From contig SLFX01000034.1 of assembly GCA_007124045.1 (NCBI GenBank), positions 1-50,415 of the forward strand: a DNA stretch of 50,415 bases. The letters run 5' to 3'. Position numbers and translations under genes: made by a program. This DNA is from Candidatus Delongbacteria bacterium (GTDB lineage: Bacteria > UBA4055). The notes beneath the pieces were generated by a model, which did not search any database, was not told where the DNA came from, and saw only the letters and a list, made by a program, of their open reading frames with translations. Below, piece after piece: positions 45,806 to 50,415 of this stretch; position 1 is the stretch's first letter; each line of letters opens with the position of its first letter.

Positions 45806-46981
45806 ATGATAAGAAAAATAACAATAACTCTCACAGCATCATTCCTGATATTTTTGATGCTCTCCTGCTCCCAAAAATATGACGACACCGGGATTTTCGA
45901 GCCTTCGGATCCTGATCACTCTGCAGACACGCTTTTAGCGGTCAGCGGACGGTTCGCAGCTTTTCCTTCCGATATTATCTCTGACGGATACATCCATATA
46001 GGAACTGACACCGGCGAAACAGGCGATACTCTTTCATCATCAGTATCTCTTGTCAGATTTTCGATTCCGGAAACAGAAGGCCTGGACTCTGCTTACATTA
46101 CTTACAGGATCAATATGCCGGATATGTCCGTTTATGAAAACACTGCGATAGATGTCAGTCATTATGCCAAGTTCTGGGACAGAGACGACTTTGATATTGA
46201 CCACTCCCTTCTGAATCATTTTGCCACAATACCACTCAAATCAGACAGTTCTCTTTCGGCTCTAACCTTCAGGATAGATCTAACAGCGGAGATGCTGAAT
46301 GGATGGGCAAACACCACTTCAGACAGCTCTTATGCCACTCTCCTTTTAGAAAGCTCTTCAGATCCGCACATCTCTCCAATATTAAAGATGTATTCATCCC
46401 GATGGCCATCCGAGTCACTTAAACCTTCAGTCAACACCTACTATACCCTAGATGATTCCCTTATCACATTCAAGTCTCCTGTGTCTGACGATATGAGCCT
46501 TGTTTTCAAAAAAACTGATACAGACTCGCCCGAAGGTAAAGTTAAGATAGGAGGAGTCTCCGGTGAAAGCTATATTACAAAATTCGATCTGTCGTCAATA
46601 CCTTCCGGCGCGGTGGTTTTGACTGGAAGGATCGACATGGCTTATGCCGAAAACGGAAGAGACCCCGTTTATGGAGGTATAGAAACACAGGCTCTGACAG
46701 ACGAAGAGATCTTTATTTATGTACTTACAGACGGTCTCTGGGAAACTGATATTGATTCCGTCTCATATGATTCTCTCAATGTATGGCAGTATAAACTGAA
46801 ATTATCCGGTGTAGACAATTTTTTTTCGATGGACACTGTCATTCAGAACTGGATAAGAGAACCTGATGATAACCACGGCATACTCATAAGATCAGAAAAA
46901 TGGGGTTCTCCGTTCGGTTACACTACTTTTCGTGAACCGAGACTGAATGTATCATACATTATTCCGGGAGGATCTGAATGA
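45806..46981 (+). CDS. Lipoprotein with two DNRLRE-like halves (unknown function)
   Basis: Signal peptide with lipobox LMLSC. Two segments start with a xxRF/KFxLSxIP-like motif (SLVRFSIPE, ITKFDLSSIPSGAVV). Each ends with a W...G/NHGILI-like motif (MLNGWAN...ATLLLES; IQNWIREPDDNHGILIRSE). Confidence 0.55.
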   Translation: MIRKITITLTASFLIFLMLSCSQKYDDTGIFEPSDPDHSADTLLAVSGRFAAFPSDIISDGYIHIGTDTGETGDTLSSSVSLVRFSIPETEGLDSAYITYRINMPDMSVYENTAIDVSHYAKFWDRDDFDIDHSLLNHFATIPLKSDSSLSALTFRIDLTAEMLNGWANTTSDSSYATLLLESSSDPHISPILKMYSSRWPSESLKPSVNTYYTLDDSLITFKSPVSDDMSLVFKKTDTDSPEGKVKIGGVSGESYITKFDLSSIPSGAVVLTGRIDMAYAENGRDPVYGGIETQALTDEEIFIYVLTDGLWETDIDSVSYDSLNVWQYKLKLSGVDNFFSMDTVIQNWIREPDDNHGILIRSEKWGSPFGYTTFREPRLNVSYIIPGGSE

Positions 46982-48240
46982 AGAGTTTTTATTCTCTGTC
47001 TTTAACGGCATTTTTACTCTGCCTCGCAGTCACCCCTCTCATGTCTTACACATCACCTTTCTCAGCACTTTCTTTCGGCGACTTTGAACCTACTGTCACA
47101 CTTCAGCCGGGAACAGCAGTAGGTGACTCTTTAAATCTCAGCGCCCATAACTACGCGACATGGGCCCAAATTGTCAACACTACATTTTCTGTAAGATCTT
47201 CTTTATATTTCCACAAACTGGAACAGCAGGACGGGCGCACTTCTCAATACGACAGGTTCGCTTTCGAGGAAATACTATTTGCGATGCCTTTCGCAGAAAG
47301 GCATTTTTTCGGATTTTCATATTATCCCGTAGCTGTTTCTGAGTATTCGGCTGTTTCTGAAATGACTGAACTCAGTAACAGTTTTGAGTACACAAAGACC
47401 AGAACTCTCGAAAGCAGAAAAGGGAGTATCGCAAATGCTTCTGTCATATACGGTTTTTCTGTCTCAGATATATCTGTTGCTGCTGGTGCTTCATTCAGGT
47501 TCGGAAATTACGATATTACCAGCAGATATCACTACGCAACCTACTGGGATTCTGACTTTTCAAATCTTAACTGGGAAAAATTCTTTGAAAGAAAAAATAC
47601 TGCCGGTTTTGCTAACTTCACTCCTGACATCAGTGTCTTTTACAGATCCCCGTCAGGTTTAAATGCAGGAGCAAAAATAGTAATTCCGGTCGCCACATCA
47701 TATTCAAAGAAATCAAGTTTCAAAAGAACCACATCATTCGGAACAGTACTTGAAACTATATCTGAAGACGAATCGCCTTCAGAAAACTCTGACTGGCCTT
47801 TGGAGTTCGGATTAGGTCTGTCATACTCTATAAACAATCTCACATTAGCCTATGATTATTCTTCAATGCTCTTTGATGGTACCGAAACCCGTTTAGACGA
47901 CACCATACTAAATGACCGTACAAGGCATTCAGCCGGATTTAAGTACAGACCATCATCAAGGATTTTCGATTCTTATTATAAAAGGATCACTTATTCAGGT
48001 TCCTTTTCTGTTGAGAAAAGGCCGTACCGTTTTGGCGGTAAGGATATTTCCGATATAAGCCAGACCATAGGCTTTTTACTGCCATTTAATAATGACAGAT
48101 CCGCGATCGATATAACTGTAAGCCACACAAGTTCAGGAAATCTTTCTGATAACGGAATCGAAGGAAGGTCATTCAGGATCACTTTCGGATTTATATCTTC
48201 AGATCGCTGGAAACTCAGAAAAGAACGCTACACCGATTAA
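46978..48240 (+). CDS. Secreted protein, probable outer-membrane beta-barrel (unknown function)
   Basis: 420 aa. It has a signal peptide, alternating hydrophobic/polar strands and many aromatic-ended segments. It overlaps the upstream lipoprotein gene by 4 nt. Confidence 0.5.
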   Translation: MKSFYSLSLTAFLLCLAVTPLMSYTSPFSALSFGDFEPTVTLQPGTAVGDSLNLSAHNYATWAQIVNTTFSVRSSLYFHKLEQQDGRTSQYDRFAFEEILFAMPFAERHFFGFSYYPVAVSEYSAVSEMTELSNSFEYTKTRTLESRKGSIANASVIYGFSVSDISVAAGASFRFGNYDITSRYHYATYWDSDFSNLNWEKFFERKNTAGFANFTPDISVFYRSPSGLNAGAKIVIPVATSYSKKSSFKRTTSFGTVLETISEDESPSENSDWPLEFGLGLSYSINNLTLAYDYSSMLFDGTETRLDDTILNDRTRHSAGFKYRPSSRIFDSYYKRITYSGSFSVEKRPYRFGGKDISDISQTIGFLLPFNNDRSAIDITVSHTSSGNLSDNGIEGRSFRITFGFISSDRWKLRKERYTD

Positions 48241-48260
48241 AACAAAACGGAGGCAAAAAA

Positions 48261-49589
48261 ATGAAAACCCGCTTAATACTGATAATCTCTCTGACCGCTC
48301 TTTTTTCTGTCATAAGCTGCGGTCCTGAAACACGGACGGTAAAAGAAGAAACTGCTGTCACAGAGATCAGAAATAATAATAGCGAGATCAAAAGTGACGA
48401 AAAAAGAGAGCTTACAGATGATGAAAAGATGGAGATAAACAAACTCTCAAGCTTTACCCAAACAAGAAGGCAGCAGAAAAGGACAAGGGATATGATAGAG
48501 CATATCAATCAGATATTCGAGATCGATCCCGGGATGACTCATGCCAGGGATATTCTGCTTTTCTGGAGAGGAAACGGCTACGAAGAGCTTGGGATTATTG
48601 ATTCGGCTATTGTGGATTATGAAAGGTTTTCCAAAATGCGCCCGGACCACTCTCAGGTTCTTGTTTTACTTGACTACATATATATAACGGGCGACAGGAT
48701 CCCCGAAGCGATAGATGTCGTGAACAGAATGATCGAAAATGACCGTGAGGACAAATCTCTTTTGAGAAAGCTGGGAAGATATTATTTCCAGCATGCTGAG
48801 AACATTAGAGAGAACGATCCTAACGACCCCGATATCGAAGAATACGCAATGCTTTCAATTGATGTTCTTGAAGAATATGCCGAGTTCGAACCAGAAGACG
48901 AGGAGATCAATAATCTTTTGACATATCTGACATCCAGATTTCTTGACAGAGAGGCTTTTAAACAAAGGCTGGAAAGCAATCTCAGTATAAATCCGGATGA
49001 CGCTAAGACCATAGAGAGACTGGCCGCAATATACTTCGATGAAGGTGATAATGAGAGGGCTGCTGAACTACTGGAAAGATACCTGGAAAAGAACCCTGAT
49101 GACCTGAGAACTATACGCAGACTGATAAGAATTTTCCGAAATGATGTTTCAAAAGGCATTCATTACAATCAGCGTGCCATTAGACTGGACCCGTCAAATG
49201 AAACTTATAATATTAATCTTGCCAGGTATTATATAGAGAGGAAACAGTTCGAGCAGGCGAGAACAGAATGCGTCAGGGCAATATCTAAAAATCCTAGGAA
49301 CATGACAATTTACAGAACATGGGCAAATATATATACGGAAAGCGTATCCGCATGCAATGTCGATATAGAATACCAGGACAAACTTGTTTTCACGATCGCA
49401 TACGGACTTTTGGAAAAAGCAGGCGAAACAAGAAGACTACACGGTATGAGAGAAAGCGGTCAGGTACCTTCAAGAGCGGATTATTTCATTAACAGAAGCG
49501 TGAGACTTCCTTCGAGAGATTGCTACAGATGGATAAATCCCGAATGGGAAGAAGTCGGTTATATTGAAGAATATCTGAAAACTCTGTAA
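48261..49589 (+). CDS. TPR-repeat lipoprotein (unknown function)
   Basis: 442 aa. Lipobox FSVISC, a Lys/Glu-rich linker, then several TPR-like 34-aa repeats (AIDVVNRMIEND, AAELLERYLEKNPDD, AIRLDPSN, ARTECVRAISKNP). Confidence 0.6.
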   Translation: MKTRLILIISLTALFSVISCGPETRTVKEETAVTEIRNNNSEIKSDEKRELTDDEKMEINKLSSFTQTRRQQKRTRDMIEHINQIFEIDPGMTHARDILLFWRGNGYEELGIIDSAIVDYERFSKMRPDHSQVLVLLDYIYITGDRIPEAIDVVNRMIENDREDKSLLRKLGRYYFQHAENIRENDPNDPDIEEYAMLSIDVLEEYAEFEPEDEEINNLLTYLTSRFLDREAFKQRLESNLSINPDDAKTIERLAAIYFDEGDNERAAELLERYLEKNPDDLRTIRRLIRIFRNDVSKGIHYNQRAIRLDPSNETYNINLARYYIERKQFEQARTECVRAISKNPRNMTIYRTWANIYTESVSACNVDIEYQDKLVFTIAYGLLEKAGETRRLHGMRESGQVPSRADYFINRSVRLPSRDCYRWINPEWEEVGYIEEYLKTL

Positions 49590-50023
49590 TGGGCGGTCAG
49601 ATAATACATATAGCATGTGATCACGGCGGTTTTAAGCTTAAGGAATCTCTCATAATTTTTCTTTCCGGAGAGGGATATGATGTTAACGACCTCGGAACTT
49701 ATTCTGAAGAGTCCGTTGACTACCCTGTATTCGGTAAAAAAGCGGCGGAAGCAGTTCTTTCGGACGGAAATCCCGCTATAATTATCTGCGGAACGGGAAT
49801 AGGAATTTCAATAGCGGCAAACAGGCATAAAGGCATAAGAGCAGCGCTTTGCCACTGTCCGGAGTACGCCAGACTGACGAGGCAGCACAATGATGCGAAT
49901 ATTCTCTCGCTCGGAGGGAGGTTCACCCCGGAAAATGAAGCAAAAAAGATCGTTAAAGCTTTTCTGGCGACAGGTTTCGAGGGAGGAAGGCACAAGAACA
50001 GAATTGAAATGCTGGACAATTAA
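49589..50023 (+). CDS. rpiB: Ribose-5-phosphate isomerase B
   Basis: 144 aa. Motifs: IACDHGGFKLK, ICGTGIGISIAANR, NILSLGGR and RH..R. Confidence 0.9.
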   Translation: MGGQIIHIACDHGGFKLKESLIIFLSGEGYDVNDLGTYSEESVDYPVFGKKAAEAVLSDGNPAIIICGTGIGISIAANRHKGIRAALCHCPEYARLTRQHNDANILSLGGRFTPENEAKKIVKAFLATGFEGGRHKNRIEMLDN

Positions 50024-50043
50024 ACACTATAACAGGAGCATAT

Positions 50044-50415
50044 AATGAGCATATTGAAACAGTACGACCCTGAAATTTTTCAGACAATTGAGAACGAAAA
50101 AAGAAGGCAGTGCGACAAGATAGAACTTATAGCTTCGGAAAATTTCGTATCGAAGGCAGTTCTCGAGGCCCTGGGATCGGTAATGACCAACAAATATGCC
50201 GAAGGCTATCCGGGCAAGAGATATTACGGCGGATGCGCCAATGTTGACGAGGCGGAGAACATCGCAATAGAAAGAGCGAAGAAGCTTTTCAACTGCAGAT
50301 GGGCTAATGTTCAGGCGCACAGCGGATCTCAGGCAAACATGGGTGTTTATATGACCCTTGCAGAGCCCGGCGACACTATCATGGGCATGAACCTTTCAAT
50401 GGGCGGCCACCTTAC
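50044..50415 (+). CDS. glyA: Serine hydroxymethyltransferase, 5' partial (runs off the window)
   Basis: Translation from ATG 50044 reads [64 protein letters not shown]... It is absent from the ORF track because there is no stop codon within the window. Confidence 0.92.

Overview
This is a 50.4-kb chromosomal window from a moderately AT-rich, apparently anaerobic, diderm bacterium. The taxon cannot be fixed from sequence alone. Expression signals are sigma70-like TTGACA/TATAAT promoters, Shine-Dalgarno-led genes and many ATGA or short-overlap gene couplings. All domain calls rest on motifs read by eye from the translations, because no searches could be run.

Gene content from left to right:
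(1) A 58-bp tandem repeat carrying promoter-like elements.
(2) A five-gene, translationally coupled redox operon: a NuoE-like gene, a NuoF-like gene, a NuoG-N-terminus/GltD-FAD-domain fusion, and nfnA and nfnB.
(3) The most unusual region, about 6.5-21.7 kb. It holds four paralogous 'orphan' PPDK_N-type ATP-grasp proteins. They lack the PEP/pyruvate TIM barrel and share a C-terminal module with an invariant G[ST]HFF motif. Their accessory domains differ: none, sensor-like N-terminus plus Pol-beta nucleotidyltransferase, or pseudo-receiver plus receiver (twice). These genes are interleaved with two glutamate dehydrogenase genes, a convergent metallophosphoesterase and a zinc-ribbon/QFG-repeat membrane protein. 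The first GDH gene has Tyr in place of the catalytic Lys and is ATGA-coupled to a dikinase-like gene.
(4) Housekeeping genes: typA, a DEAD-box helicase, gmhA, an LbH acyltransferase, an OYE flavoenzyme, tmRNA and coaD.
(5) A Wzx/Wzy-type polysaccharide locus of about 11 kb with an ATP-grasp gene and a beta-propeller gene.
(6) A nptA-phoU-nptA phosphate transporter operon with a SpoU methyltransferase.
(7) A lipoprotein / outer-membrane-barrel-like / TPR-lipoprotein trio.
(8) rpiB and the 5' part of glyA.

No transposase, integrase, CRISPR array, rRNA or tRNA was seen.
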